NCBI GenBank assembly: GCA_965246885.1
Contig: OZ251992.1
Span: forward strand, 672,001 to 736,000
Source: Abditibacterium sp.
GTDB lineage: Bacteria > Armatimonadota > Abditibacteriia > Abditibacteriales > Abditibacteriaceae
Reading direction: 5' to 3'
Length of the DNA: 64,000 nt
The notes under the pieces were generated by a model. The model saw nothing but the letters and a program-made list of their open reading frames with translations. It did no database searches and was not told where the DNA came from. Below, in pieces: positions 28,278-38,100 of the stretch. Both the position numbers and the translations under genes were made by a program. The first letter of the stretch is position 1, and the number at the start of each line of letters is the position of its first letter.

Positions 28278-28706
28278 TTAACGTCCCGGTTGCGCTTGGA
28301 GCGGGTTCGGCCCCAAGTTCTGCCAGTTGATGTCGTAGCTGGAAGAAGGAAAGAAGGTGACGACGCGCATCGGTTGCTCGCCGATGTTGACGAAGGCGTG
28401 CGGCGTGTGCGCGGGAATGTGGATCACTCCCGGCTCTGTAATCTCGAACACCTTGTCGCCGATTTGGAATTTTAGGTGGCCCTCAAGCACGTATTGCACT
28501 TCCTCGGAGAAGTGCAGATGGAGCGGTGGCCCGTCCCCCGGTGCGACCTCGGCAATCATCACCGAGGAGCCGACCATCCCATAGTGCGCGCCGTCGGCCA
28601 GATACGTTTTGGCGCCGGGAATGTCCTTCAATTCGGGCGGCGGTTGGAGCGCGCTCAAGGCAAAGAAGAACTCGCCCGCCTCGATATGAGCGTTGTTGGT
28701 AGTCAT
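28278..28706 (-). CDS. Cupin domain protein
   Basis: GPPLHLHFSEEVQYVLEG..IPAHTPHAFVN. Confidence 0.9.
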   Translation of the reverse strand: MTTNNAHIEAGEFFFALSALQPPPELKDIPGAKTYLADGAHYGMVGSSVMIAEVAPGDGPPLHLHFSEEVQYVLEGHLKFQIGDKVFEITEPGVIHIPAHTPHAFVNIGEQPMRVVTFFPSSSYDINWQNLGPNPLQAQPGR

Positions 28707-28715
28707 GGCGATGGG

Positions 28716-29195
28716 TTAGTGCCCTTCGGTGTCGCCGTAAAGGGTTTGGATGTAGTTGATTTGCGCGAAGCGGGCGACGAAGTTGCGGTAGGCGGTCATC
28801 ACCCAGAAGGCGACGGGCGCGGTGGTGCCGCCGTTCATCGGGAGCGTGACGGGCATGGCCAACTCCTCGTCCGTGAGGGCTTCGACGGTGGCTTTGAACT
28901 TGGAGTAGTTCGTTTCCATGTGCGTCAAGGCGTCTTGGCGGCTCCAAGCGGCGCGCTCCCCGGCCATGTTGCCGAACATTTCGCGGATGTTGATACTGCT
29001 CATATCTTGGCCGCGCATTTCGATCATGCGTTCGGTGACGTAGAGGAACTGCGCCGCGAAGCCGAAGGTGTCGAGCGCGGAGCGCGAGTCGGGCGCGGGT
29101 TTCCACGCGAGTTTGTCGTCGGGAACGGCAGCGAAGGTGCGCTCCAGTTCGTTCTTGCCCGCGTCGCAGAGCATCAGGATGAGTTGTTTGGTCAT
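28716..29195 (-). CDS. DinB/YfiT-like protein
   Basis: AVPDDKLAWKP..S and QINYIQTLYGD; the usual metal-binding His residues appear replaced. Confidence 0.7.
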   Translation of the reverse strand: MTKQLILMLCDAGKNELERTFAAVPDDKLAWKPAPDSRSALDTFGFAAQFLYVTERMIEMRGQDMSSINIREMFGNMAGERAAWSRQDALTHMETNYSKFKATVEALTDEELAMPVTLPMNGGTTAPVAFWVMTAYRNFVARFAQINYIQTLYGDTEGH

Positions 29196-30244
29196 GGTGT
29201 TGGGGCTGTGCCCGGCTCCAGTTTGAGGACAACGGCGCTCCCCGGCACCATCTTCGGGCGCTTGGGCTTGGCGCCCTCGGCGGGCTTCTCAACGGGCAAA
29301 TAGTCAGCCGCCACGACGAACAGGGCGCCGGTTGCCGGGTCGAGCGCCATCGTGCGCGCGCCGATGTGCGTCGGGATGGTGGCGAGCAGGTTCAGTTTGG
29401 TGTCGTCAAAGCCGACAACGGAGATGGTGCCGTCGCGCCCATTGGACGAAAACGCGAGGTCGCGCGTGGCGTCGTAGGCCGTTGCGTCCACGCCCTCGCC
29501 GATGGGAACGGTCGTGATTTGTTTGCCGGTTTTGGCGTCTACCACAACCATCGTCTTGTTGGCGCAGCCGGAAAACAAGCGCCCATTCTTGGCATCATAA
29601 GCGAGGCCGGTCGGCTCTTCGCCGGGTGCAAGCGCGGTGCGGCCCATCACTTTGCCATCGGCGGCGTTCAGTTCGACCAGTTCCGAGGTGTTCTCGATGT
29701 TGACCCACACGTGGCCCATTCCATCGGCGGCGCCAAATTCGGGGTTGCCGCCCAGCGCGACGGTTTGCGCGACTTTGTTGGTCGCCGTGTCAATGACCGA
29801 AACTTCGTTCGAGCCAGCGTCGAAAGCGAAGACGCGCTTGGTGACAGGCTCGAAAAGGATGGCGTCGGGCTTTTGGCCAACGGCAATCGGGTCGCCGATG
29901 GGTTTAAGAGAAAGCGTGTCGAAAACGACGACCGAATCGCTCTTGCCGCTCGAAGCATAGGCGCGGTGGTTCGCGGTGTCGAGCGCCACGCCATGCGCGC
30001 CGGACAGCCCCGATACTTCGCCGACCAGTGCGCCCGTCTCGGTGTCGACGACCTGAATCGTCTTGCCGCGCGCGATATACAAACGGTGCGCGGCGGAGTC
30101 GAGGGAAAGGTAGTCCCAATTCCCGTCGCCCGCTAACTTCCATGTGTGGGAAAGGTGATACGTCGGAGCCACAACCGCCGCGTGCGCCGCGCCGGTTGAA
30201 AACAATGAGAGGGAAGCGAGCAAGCCGCCGGTGATGAAGTTCAT
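29192..30244 (-). CDS. Secreted YVTN/YncE beta-propeller protein
   Basis: Signal peptide; WDYLSLD, AHGVALD, VGQKPDA, PGEEPTGLAYD, GARTMALDP. Confidence 0.9.
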   Translation of the reverse strand: MNFITGGLLASLSLFSTGAAHAAVVAPTYHLSHTWKLAGDGNWDYLSLDSAAHRLYIARGKTIQVVDTETGALVGEVSGLSGAHGVALDTANHRAYASSGKSDSVVVFDTLSLKPIGDPIAVGQKPDAILFEPVTKRVFAFDAGSNEVSVIDTATNKVAQTVALGGNPEFGAADGMGHVWVNIENTSELVELNAADGKVMGRTALAPGEEPTGLAYDAKNGRLFSGCANKTMVVVDAKTGKQITTVPIGEGVDATAYDATRDLAFSSNGRDGTISVVGFDDTKLNLLATIPTHIGARTMALDPATGALFVVAADYLPVEKPAEGAKPKRPKMVPGSAVVLKLEPGTAPTP

Positions 30245-30361
30245 GCGCCCTCCAGTTCAACACACGCGCCTTAAGCGCGCGGTAAATCCAGGTTGGAATG
30301 TTCTTACTTTTGGGGAGGGGTGCGAAGAAGTCTTTGGGCAAATCTATTCAAACTCCAATCC

Positions 30362-31111
30362 GTGAAAATCCTTGTTTTGTCCGACGTTCACGCCAACTTT
30401 TTCGCCCTCGAAGCCGTTTTGGACGCGGCGCCCGCGCACCACGCCGTATTGTGTTTGGGCGACATCGTGGGCTATGGCGCCCAGCCGAACGAGTGTTGCG
30501 CCCGACTGCGCGAATTGGGCGCGCAGTGCTTGCAAGGCAATCACGACGCGGCGATTGGCGGGCACGAGTTACTTGAACGGATGAACGAGACCGCGCGCTT
30601 CTCGAACGGGTGGGCACGCGCCCAACTCTCCGAAGAAAACCGCGTTTGGCTGGCCGCGCTTGCGCCGCACCGCGTATTCGATGAATGGCGCTGTGAGGCG
30701 GTTCACGCGAGTTTGGCAAGTCCCCTTGAAGGCTACATACGGGGCGCAATTTCCGCGCGCGACTCGTGGAAACGCATGAAATACGACCTCTGCTTTTTCG
30801 GCCACACGCACGTCGCCGCGTCGTTGGAGCAGTTCGACGTTCCCGGCCAAAGATACCAAGCCATTGACCGTAAATGGCGCGACGGCGGCACATTTTCCAT
30901 CCAATCGAACGGCTGGAAGACTCTCGTTAACCCCGGCTCGGTCGGCCAACCGCGCGATGGCAACCCGCTCGCCCGCGCCGCCGTTTTCGATGTCCAATCG
31001 CGCGCAGTCACGATTTTCTGCGCCAAATACAACAACGAGTCCGCGTGTGAGGCCGTGCTGAGCGCCGGATTTTCAAGGCAACTCGCGGAGCGGTTGATGT
31101 TGGGACGGTGA
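30362..31111 (+). CDS. Metallophosphoesterase
   Basis: SDVHAN, LGDIVGYG, GNHD, GHTH, NPGSVGQPRDG. Confidence 0.92.
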   Translation: MKILVLSDVHANFFALEAVLDAAPAHHAVLCLGDIVGYGAQPNECCARLRELGAQCLQGNHDAAIGGHELLERMNETARFSNGWARAQLSEENRVWLAALAPHRVFDEWRCEAVHASLASPLEGYIRGAISARDSWKRMKYDLCFFGHTHVAASLEQFDVPGQRYQAIDRKWRDGGTFSIQSNGWKTLVNPGSVGQPRDGNPLARAAVFDVQSRAVTIFCAKYNNESACEAVLSAGFSRQLAERLMLGR

Positions 31112-31112
31112 G

Positions 31113-31370
31113 TCAATAATGATATCGGCAGGACAGCACGAGAATCCGCTCGTCGCTCACTTTATAAACCACGCGATGTTCGTCGTCCAATCGCTTCGAC
31201 CAACATCCGGCAAAGTCATGCTTGAGCGGCTCCGGTTTGCCAATGCCGCCGAAGGGATTAAAAAGGGACTCATCCAATAATCGCAGCAGTCGAAGCGCTT
31301 TGCGTCGGTCGTTTTGCACCCAGAACGTCAGGTCTTCGAGGGCGTTTTGATCAAATACCAAGACGCGCAC
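31113..31370 (-). CDS. yoeB: Txe/YoeB family toxin
   Basis: PFGGIGKPEPLKHDFAGCWSKRLDDEHRVVY..SCRYHY; GTG start overlaps the antitoxin. Confidence 0.93.
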   Translation of the reverse strand: MRVLVFDQNALEDLTFWVQNDRRKALRLLRLLDESLFNPFGGIGKPEPLKHDFAGCWSKRLDDEHRVVYKVSDERILVLSCRYHY

Positions 31371-31569
31371 GCGCTTCCTCCAACGAAACTGCGCCATCCC
31401 CGTCGCGTTCAATCGCTTCGAGCAAGCGGCGTTTCATCGTTTCGCTTTGCATCAGGTACGCAGTTTCTTTCTCAGATTCGATTTCGCGCCACATCTCGAT
31501 GGGCACGAGGACGGCGGTCACATTGCCCGCCGGGTCGCAAACGGTTTGCACTTCGGAAGTGGTTGTCAT
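31351..31569 (-). CDS. Antitoxin with YefM-like C-terminus
   Basis: ETAYLMQSETMKRRLLEAI; lies directly upstream of and overlaps yoeB. Confidence 0.85.
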   Translation of the reverse strand: MTTTSEVQTVCDPAGNVTAVLVPIEMWREIESEKETAYLMQSETMKRRLLEAIERDGDGAVSLEEARARLGI

Positions 31570-31652
31570 AGAAAGAAAGTTTGCCGCAAAATTCGAGAGA
31601 GGTGTATGAGATAGCTCCTCTCTCGCAAAACCTTGTCCAAGGAATCTTTATG

Positions 31653-31816
31653 TCGCCTGCCCCGACGGAAGCATTTCCTGCCCAAATGACGTTTTCGCCT
31701 GCCTAAATTACTCCCTTCCCCACCCCGGCGAAGTCTTCACCTGCCCCAATCACTCCCTTGCCTACCCAAACGAAAGAGCCGTCTGACCGGGTGATTGTTT
31801 TGCCGGGGCAGGGCGA
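31653..31816. repeat. 21-bp-period array with inverted terminal unit
   Basis: Units start at 31653, 31674, 31695, 31716, 31737, 31758 (core CCTGCCC); the end GCCGGGGCAGGGCGA is the reverse complement of a unit-1-like sequence. Confidence 0.8.
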
Positions 31817-33442
31817 TTAAAGCTCCGGCTTGGCGGCGACTTTGTAGGTGTTGACGCTGCGGACGCCGACGACTTTTTGTTGCGAGACGTACTGCAAAGC
31901 GGTGAGCAGGGCTTTGGCGGTGTCCAAGCTGGTGAGACACGGCACGCCGTTTTCGACGGCGGCGCGGCGGATTTTGAGGCCGTCGCGTTCGGGGGTGCGG
32001 GCGCGTTCAGGGGTGTTAAGCAAAAAGTCCACTTTCGCTTCTTTGAGCAGGGTGTTGATGTTTGGCTCGTCCTCGCGGATTTTGTGGACGAGTTCGCACG
32101 CCACGCCGCGCGCTGCGAGGGCATCTTTGGTGCCCTGCGTCGCGTAGATTTTGTAGCCCAGTTCCGCGAAACCCTGCACGATCGGGGCGCCTTCGTCTTT
32201 GGTGCCGGACGCGAGCGTGACGATGACCGCGCCGTGTCCGCGCGCTTCGCCGGGGAGCGGAATGTCGTAGCCCGAAGCGACCATCGCTTTGTAGAGCGCG
32301 CGGGGAAAAGTGTTGTCCACGCCCATGATTTCGCCCGTTGACTTCATTTCGGGGCCGAGATCGGTGTCCACCATCGTGAGCTTTTGGAACGAGAAGACGG
32401 GCGCTTTGACGGCGACTTGGTCGGGCGTGGGATACAAGCCCGACTTGTAACCGAGATCGAAGAGCTTCTCGCCCATCATGACGCGCGTCGCCAAGTCCAC
32501 CATCGGCACGCCCGTAATTTTGCTCAGATACGGCACGGTGCGAGAAGCGCGCGGGTTGACTTCGATGATATACGCTTGCTCGCCCTCGATGACGTATTGG
32601 ATGTTCATCAAGCCCTTCACTTTGAGTTCAAGCGCGACGCGAATGGCGTAGTCCTCGATTTGCTGGATGATGCGCGGCGAGAAGTTTTGCGGCGGATAGA
32701 CCGCCATCGAGTCGCCCGAATGGACGCCCGCGCGCTCGATATGCTCCATGATGCCGGGCAGGAGGCAGGTCTCGCCGTCACTTATTACGTCCACTTCGGC
32801 TTCTCGTCCGGTGATGTATTTGTCCACCAAAATGGGCCGATCCGAAGAAACTTCGGTCGAGGTGCGCATATACGAGCGCAGGTCGGCGTCGTTGTAAACG
32901 ATCTCCATGCCGCGCCCGCCCAAAACATACGAGGGCCGAACCAAAACGGGGAAGCCGATTTCCGACGCGACGCGCGCGGCGGCTTCCGTCGTGGTGACGG
33001 CTTTTCCGGCGGGTTTGGGGATGCCCAAGCGCACGAGGAGGGTGTCGAAGCGGTCGCGGTCTTCGGCGAGGTCTATCGAATCGAACTGTGTGCCCAAGAT
33101 GGGCACGCCCGCGCGGTGCAAAGGCTTGGCGAGGTTAATTGCCGTTTGCCCCCCGAATTGCACGACGACGCCCAAGGGTTGTTCGCGGTCTACCACGTTG
33201 AGCACATCTTCGAGCGTAAGCGGCTCGAAGTAGAGCCGGTCGGAAATGTCGAAGTCGGTCGAGACGGTTTCGGGATTGTTGTTAATCACGACCGCTTCAT
33301 AGCCCGCCGCGCGGATGGCGCGGGTGCAGTGAACGCTCGCGTAGTCGAACTCGATGCCCTGCCCAATGCGGATGGGGCCGGAGCCGATGATGATGACGGT
33401 GCCTTTGGACGGGGAAGCGGAATCGGACGCGACGGAGTACAT
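31817..33442 (-). CDS. carB: Carbamoyl-phosphate synthase large subunit, C-terminal half only
   Basis: Begins at IIGSGPIRIGQGIEFDY; NPETVSTD, GVHSGDS, IEVNPRASRT, GPEMKSTGE, MGS domain; only 541 aa. Confidence 0.92.
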   Translation of the reverse strand: MYSVASDSASPSKGTVIIIGSGPIRIGQGIEFDYASVHCTRAIRAAGYEAVVINNNPETVSTDFDISDRLYFEPLTLEDVLNVVDREQPLGVVVQFGGQTAINLAKPLHRAGVPILGTQFDSIDLAEDRDRFDTLLVRLGIPKPAGKAVTTTEAAARVASEIGFPVLVRPSYVLGGRGMEIVYNDADLRSYMRTSTEVSSDRPILVDKYITGREAEVDVISDGETCLLPGIMEHIERAGVHSGDSMAVYPPQNFSPRIIQQIEDYAIRVALELKVKGLMNIQYVIEGEQAYIIEVNPRASRTVPYLSKITGVPMVDLATRVMMGEKLFDLGYKSGLYPTPDQVAVKAPVFSFQKLTMVDTDLGPEMKSTGEIMGVDNTFPRALYKAMVASGYDIPLPGEARGHGAVIVTLASGTKDEGAPIVQGFAELGYKIYATQGTKDALAARGVACELVHKIREDEPNINTLLKEAKVDFLLNTPERARTPERDGLKIRRAAVENGVPCLTSLDTAKALLTALQYVSQQKVVGVRSVNTYKVAAKPEL

Positions 33443-33589
33443 GAAGAAAGGGTGGCTTCAACTCCGCGAGCGCGGCGGAAACCCGTCTCATTTTAGCAAG
33501 AGGAGCGCTCATCGGCCCGCAAAACTTCCTTTTGATGGTTTGAGATTGGCACGGCGATTGACCAATGGCGCGCGGCAACGCCCACTCTT

Positions 33590-34120
33590 ATGAACTCCAA
33601 CTCGATCTTTTCGCCATCGCGCTTGGTTATCGCGGCAGGTCTTTTGTCCGCTTTGTCGCTGGTTGGCTCTGCTTGGGCGGGGCCGCGTTACGTTGCGCCG
33701 GACGGCTACTCCTTCGAGGTGCCCGCCGGATACAAGCGCAGCGTCCACTCTGTCGCCAAAGACGTCGCCGCGTGGGTCGCACCAGATAACAGCGTCCTTG
33801 CTGTATCGAGCTTGCCCGTCAGCAAAGATGTTTCCGAAAAGCAGTTGCTGTATGTGGCGCGTTACCGGTTTGTGCACGAACACAGCAAAGCGGCAAAGCT
33901 CCTCCAAGCGAAGTCCATGACCGTCCAAGGAGATCATGGTGTGGTGTTATTGGCCGAAGACACGCGCGCTTCCCCGCCGCTCATCAAGCTCTCCGTCACC
34001 GAAGTGAGCATCTTGCACAACCATAAGTTTTACATCATCGGCCTCAGCGTTCCCCTCGCCAAGCGCAAAGTTGGTGTGAACACCATGTCCGCCCTTATTG
34101 GCTCGTGGAAATATAAATGA
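33590..34120 (+). CDS. Secreted hypothetical protein (PsbP/Mog1-like fold possible)
   Basis: Signal peptide ..SAWA; GYSFEVPAGY start and ..SWKYK end are typical of PsbP-like proteins. Confidence 0.6.
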   Translation: MNSNSIFSPSRLVIAAGLLSALSLVGSAWAGPRYVAPDGYSFEVPAGYKRSVHSVAKDVAAWVAPDNSVLAVSSLPVSKDVSEKQLLYVARYRFVHEHSKAAKLLQAKSMTVQGDHGVVLLAEDTRASPPLIKLSVTEVSILHNHKFYIIGLSVPLAKRKVGVNTMSALIGSWKYK

Positions 34121-34168
34121 ACGGCGCTGCAAAGTGTGTACGTTTTTTAACCAAATTTCCCGGTCGTC

Positions 34169-34197
34169 TTGACCTTTGGCCGAGCATCACCTAAAAT
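34169..34197 (+). promoter_or_regulatory. Sigma70-type promoter of cold-shock gene
   Basis: TTGACC-17 nt-TAAAAT; gives a ~110-nt structured 5' UTR as is usual for csp genes. Confidence 0.7.
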
Positions 34198-34312
34198 TGC
34201 CGTCCGAATCGAAGCCGCGCTTCCCACGCGGCACAGATTCGGTCGCTTCGCTTCTTCCGCCGTTTCGGGAAGTGGCTGCGACCACCCTGTTCAGGAGATT
34301 ATTTTCTACTTC

Positions 34313-34531
34313 ATGGCAAACGGCAAAGTCAAATGGTTCAACGACGCCAAAGGTTTTGGTTTCATCGAACAAAGCACCGGCGAAGATGTCTTCGTCCACT
34401 ACTCCGCGATTCAGACAGACGGCTACCGCTCCCTCAAGGAAGGGCAAGACGTCGAGTTTGAACTCGACAACGCCGACAAGGGCTTGCGCGCTGCCAACGT
34501 GCGCTCGCTCGCCGAAGTCGGCGCCGAGTAA
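34313..34531 (+). CDS. cspA: Cold-shock protein
   Basis: [28 protein letters not shown]. Confidence 0.95.
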   Translation: MANGKVKWFNDAKGFGFIEQSTGEDVFVHYSAIQTDGYRSLKEGQDVEFELDNADKGLRAANVRSLAEVGAE

Positions 34532-34545
34532 CTGGTTTCGGAAAA

Positions 34546-34584
34546 GCAAACGCCGTGCTCCTTTTGGGGTGCGGCGTTTTGTTT
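34546..34584 (+). terminator. Intrinsic terminator after csp
   Basis: AAACGCCGTGCTCC-TTTT-GGGGTGCGGCGTTT followed by a T-rich tail. Confidence 0.75.
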
Positions 34585-34617
34585 GGTTAAAGCCGCCCCC
34601 TAAACTGCGCGCTTCTT

Positions 34618-35175
34618 ATGAGCATCGTAACACGCGGCGGCGACGCCGGACAAACCCGCCTCATCTTCGGCACCCGCGTTTCCAAAGCCGATTTGCAAGT
34701 CGAAGCCTACGGCGCGCAGGACGAACTCAACTCGTTTCTGGGGTTAGCCCGCGCCAGTTGCCCCGACGAACGCACGCGCGCCGCTTTGGAAGCCATGCAA
34801 CGCGATACCTTTGTCGTGGGCGCGGAACTGGCCTCGCCCGCCGACGAGCGCCCCAAACTCAAGACCCGCGTCTCACCCGACATGACCGCCCGGTTAGATG
34901 CCGTCGTCGCCGAAATCGAGAAGATTCCCGGCCTGCTCGACGACTGGGCGCTTCCCGGCGCCACGCCCGACGGCGCCGCCATTGACTGCGCCCGCACCGT
35001 CGCCCGCCGTGCCGAACGCGCCGCCGTGCGCCTCATCGAGTTCGAGAAAAGCGCCGAGCAAAGCGCCGAACTCCTGCGCTACCTCAACCGCGTGTCCGAT
35101 GTTCTGTGGCTGTTGGGCCGCCGCTTGGAGATTGAGCGCGGAGCGGATGGAGCGCTGCGGCATGAAAGCGACTGA
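34618..35175 (+). CDS. PduO-type cob(I)alamin adenosyltransferase
   Basis: IVTRGGDAGQT, EAYGAQDELNS, ARTVARRAER, YLNRVSD. Confidence 0.92.
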   Translation: MSIVTRGGDAGQTRLIFGTRVSKADLQVEAYGAQDELNSFLGLARASCPDERTRAALEAMQRDTFVVGAELASPADERPKLKTRVSPDMTARLDAVVAEIEKIPGLLDDWALPGATPDGAAIDCARTVARRAERAAVRLIEFEKSAEQSAELLRYLNRVSDVLWLLGRRLEIERGADGALRHESD

Positions 35176-35189
35176 AGTCGCTTGCTACT

Positions 35190-38100
35190 TTACTCTCCCA
35201 CTCCCACTCCCACCCGCATCTCGTCGCTCGTCGCGCGGATTTCGGGGGCGTAAACGGCGTAGCCATTCGTCGGCAGGGCGTGGAATTGGCCGGGCGCCTC
35301 GGCGCGCACGCGGTAGCGCAAGACGCGGCGGCCTTGCGGCAGGCTACTGACGAAGAAGGCTGTTTTGTCGTCGCGCATTTCGACGTAAGAGCCGAGGCCG
35401 TTGCTATAGTCGTAGCCGGAGCGGATGTCCACCGGCTCGAAGCCCGCTGCTTTCATGTCCTCGAAGACGAGGTATTCATAATCGTTGCGGGCGTTGACGA
35501 CGAGTTCGACTTCGATCAAGTCGCCACTTTTCACGCTCGCGCCATCTTTGATTTCCTCGCGCTTGTATTCGGGCGCTGGCGGGGTGTAGTCCTGCGGCGG
35601 GAAGGGCACGATGACAGCGCGCCCCGCGACTTTGGCCGCCGTGCTGCCGGTTGTCGGCACGTCCACGCTCGCGGCGGGCTTGGTTTCGGCGCGGGTGAGC
35701 TTGTAGAAGGTGCGCCCGACGCTCAGTTCGTTGCCGCTACCCTTGATGGGGTCTTCGCGCGAGAACGAATCCTCGTAGGCGGAGAAATACAGCTTGCCGC
35801 GCCCCGTCTTGGTGATGGTGAGCGTGTTCTTCGCGGCGCCACTTTCGAGGAACAGGTCGCCCGCGCGGAAGCGGTTGTCGAACCAAAGGGCGTTATCGGC
35901 GGTGACGTGGTAGGTGCGCGCCAGCTTGCCGTTGAGACTGACCTGCACGTTCATATCCACGTCCAACTCGCGGTGGCGCGCGACGTATTGGGCAAGGGTA
36001 TAAACGACCTCGGCGGTTTCCTTGGTGCTTCTCCAGTGGTTGCCGCGCGAGTTGAGCGTAAGCCATTTGGCGAACATCGGCACCAACTTGTTGTCGGGCG
36101 CGATCTCGTCGAAGGCGCGCAGCGCGAGCGCGACTGTCTCCACATCGTTGTTCCACCACAGCCAGTAGTCGGGTTGCGTCTGGTAGCGCGCCGTGCCGTT
36201 GTCGGCGTCTATGCGGACGGTGTTTTCGAGGTTGCGCACCACGACGTTCGCTTTGTCGGTTTCGCCGTTGCGGGCGAGCGTCATGGCGAGGTAGCACTTG
36301 GCCAAAGGCGCCAACCGCTCGCGCTGCGTGAACAAACGCCCGGACGCGAGGCTCTTGGCCATGCTGTCACTCCCGTCTTGCGAGAGGGCGTAGGTCATAT
36401 ACGCGAGCAGTTGCAGGTTATCCTCGTCTTTAAGGTGGTTGCGCAGGTAGTCGCGGCCCCGGCTCAGGGTGTTCTCCTCGAACCCGATGCCCGCGCGCTT
36501 GGCTTGCGACAAGCCGTAAACGACGTAGGCGGAAATCCACTCGTCGCTTTGCGAGGCGCCCGGAAACCAGCCCCAGCCGCCGTCGTCTCGTTGCATCGAA
36601 GCGAGTTTCTGCATCCCCTCGCGCGTCATTTGCGCGGTCAGCTTCGCATCGTAGATGGGGTTGGAGCGACCGTGCCCGTCGTACCACCACATATGCGACG
36701 CCATTTCGTCCAAGTCGCGCGCGTTCGGCTCGCCCTTGGGGAACGAGTAGCCGGAGTTCTTCACCGTGCCCAACTTCGACTTGGTCTGCGCTTCGGCCTT
36801 GTAAGCGGCGGCGCGGGCGCGCAGCGTTTCGAGGTTGACGCCCGACGCTTTGAGCGAGCGTTCCACCAGAGCGGACGGCAGAAAGCGCGACATGGTTTGC
36901 TCGACGCAGCCATACGGGTAGTCGGCCAGATACGGCAGGGCATCGAGCGCCGTCGCCGCGAGCGAGGGGTTCAGTTGCACGTTGAGTTGCGACGCGCCGA
37001 ACTGCCGCTTGCCGGGAAAGGTGAGCGGGATGGTCGTCGTGCCGTCGGCGGCAATGACACCGGCGTGCGCCGCGAACTGCGGGGCGCCGTGCGTCAGGAC
37101 GGGGAAGGACAGCTTCACGGCATCGGAATCAGTCGCGGTGCGCGCCGACGCGCTGATGGTCGTCTTGCCTTCGCGCGCGGCGGTAACGACGGTATCCACG
37201 CGCTTCTCTTCGCCCGCCGCGAGCGTCACGGACTGCGGCGCGGGCGTGTTGCCGAGCAAGCCATCGAAGCCGAAGGCGACTTGCGCGGTTTGGGCGCGGT
37301 CGGAGTAGTTGTGGACGTTCGCCGAGATCGTCACTTGGTCGCCCTCGACGAAAAAGCGCGGGGCTTGCAAGCGCACGATGAGGTCTTTCTTCGTCGCGGC
37401 GTCCGATTCGGCGCTCCCGACTTGGACAGAGTTCGTCAGGCCGCGCGCTGTCGCGTGCCACTGCGTGAGCGAGTCGGGAAAGGTGACTTTCACCGTCGCC
37501 TCGCCGCCATTTGTCACTACGGCGGGCGACCAAAACGCGGTCTCGGCGAAGTTGGAACGGACGGGCTCGGCGTCAGGCGCACCGCCGCCCGCCACACTCT
37601 TTGCCGCCAGTTGTGCGTCTATCCTCGGCGCAGCCGCCGGGGTCGCAAGGGTTATTCCATTGGTGTCAGCCAAATAGTTGTTCCTGCCGCGCGCGTGGAG
37701 GAAAGTTACCCCGCCACTCATTCTGGCGCTCCGCGAGTATGAACCGTTGAAGGCATACCCATTATAATCGTGATACCCGTAATACCCGAACCCGCCCGGC
37801 ATGAGTTGCAGTTGGCCGAAGTCGTCGGGCAACTCCCATCCGTGCCGCTCGATGTTGGGTTCGGGCGGGGTTTCGGAGCGCGCTTCGATGTTCCCCGACC
37901 GGCTCGAATCGAGGTTGACGGAGTTGCCGCGCCGGTCGCCATAAAAGAACGAGCGCGCGTCGGGCGTGGTGTCGGCTTGGATGTAGAACAAACTGGCGTC
38001 CACCAAGGCGAGCGAGACTTCGGCGCGGGCGGGCTGGCCGCTCCAATCGCGCGCGCGGATGTGGAAGGTGCCGGTCTCGCCCGGTTTGTAGGTCGCTTTA

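Noticed and set aside
35280..37742. 820-aa plus-strand ORF and similar long antisense ORFs throughout
   Set aside because: Shadow frames of high-GC genes on the opposite strand; no motifs.
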